Source: a virus
Lineage: Duplodnaviria > Heunggongvirae > Uroviricota > Caudoviricetes
Reading direction: 5' to 3' (one strand)
Length of the DNA: 64,000 bases
IMG/VR virus record: IMGVR_UViG_3300020451_002055
Positions 63,327 to 64,000 of this stretch are shown here, in pieces (within the stretch, counting starts at the first letter, position 1; every line of letters begins with the position of its first letter). The notes beneath the pieces are model-generated. The model worked only from the letters and a program-made list of their open reading frames with translations. It was not told the origin of the DNA and made no database searches. Made by a program: the position numbers and the translations under genes.

Positions 63327-63985
63327 CAACCAATGCCCTTCCAAGTGGCCCCGTTTGTAGTCCAATGATGAGTGCATTCCATAGAGGGGTCGTAGAGTAT
63401 CTTGCGATCTGCCTCAATAACATCTTTGGCCCAATAGCGATCCTCTTTGCCGTAGAGTTCTTCGTCAAACGGAAACTCCTGAAGAACCGACTTGCGGTAG
63501 CATGCCATGGCATTGTGCAAGAACCACCTATCTTCTTCCTCTGCCCATGGATTTTCTTTGGGCTCTGCTCCAAAGTTGTGCCATATGTACCTTCTGCTAA
63601 TCCGTCTGCCTTTGTAAACTGGTATCTGCTTGCCAAAAACAGAAGCATATGACTTGAGCTTTTCCTCAATGTCCGACGCATCAAAACGAGTAATGATACA
63701 ATGAGCAGAGAGTATCATTAGATGTTCATTGCTCGCCATCTCGACAGCATGATTGATCGAACGACCAGGAGAGTAGTCCTCTATACTTCCAACCTTGATG
63801 TCATGCCATTTCTCGAACATGCGAACGATATCCATTGAATCATCGCTGCTATTGTTGTCCATGACGATGATCTCAGGATCTCGTAGCGAATCAACAACAG
63901 ACTGAATAGCATAGCCAATGAACCGCTCCTCGTTGCGGTTTCGGATGATTACGGAGTAGTTAGGACCATCTTCCTGCATAGACAT
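63326..63985 (-). CDS. glycosyltransferase family 2
   Basis: SVIIR.RNEE, DNNSSD.S, G.SIN, LSAH, ED..WA. Confidence 0.92.
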   Translation of the reverse strand: MSMQEDGPNYSVIIRNRNEERFIGYAIQSVVDSLRDPEIIVMDNNSSDDSMDIVRMFEKWHDIKVGSIEDYSPGRSINHAVEMASNEHLMILSAHCIITRFDASDIEEKLKSYASVFGKQIPVYKGRRISRRYIWHNFGAEPKENPWAEEEDRWFLHNAMACYRKSVLQEFPFDEELYGKEDRYWAKDVIEADRKILYDPSMECTHHWTTNGATWKGIG

Positions 63986-64000
63986 CTCTCGCTTCCTGCT

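Overview
This window looks like part of a very large (jumbo/huge) bacteriophage genome. It is gene-dense and tRNA-rich, and it carries isolated host-like genes (dnaN, dnaX, holA, topA, sigma factor, dnaJ, hsp20, iscA, CCA-adding enzyme) among many short hypothetical ORFs. No capsid or terminase large subunit is recognisable here, so the phage assignment is an inference. Bases 1-18933 run mostly on the + strand. They hold 11 intact tRNAs without encoded CCA, two tRNA-linked HNH endonucleases (one cassette splits a tRNA-Arg and supplies a replacement), a GluR0-like ligand-gated K+ channel and an NAD+ salvage trio. The main discovery is a ~3 kb noncoding-RNA operon (13.5-16.7 kb) directly upstream of a ParB/Srx-like gene and a Ro60/TROVE gene. 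It contains seven Y-RNA-like RNAs that share a covarying Ro-binding bulged helix but occur in three topologies: three minimal hairpin Y RNAs, one canonical YrlA, and three tRNA-shaped RNAs with open acceptor ends and the Ro module grafted into the anticodon arm. They are interspersed with boxA-like signals and several orphan structured RNAs. Bases 19-64 kb run mostly on the - strand and contain glycosylation/modification genes, Pro-rich and large probable virion proteins, a replication/transcription block and a sugar-nucleotide cassette with a RuBisCO-like protein. All calls come from reading motifs and base pairing by eye; no database searches were run.
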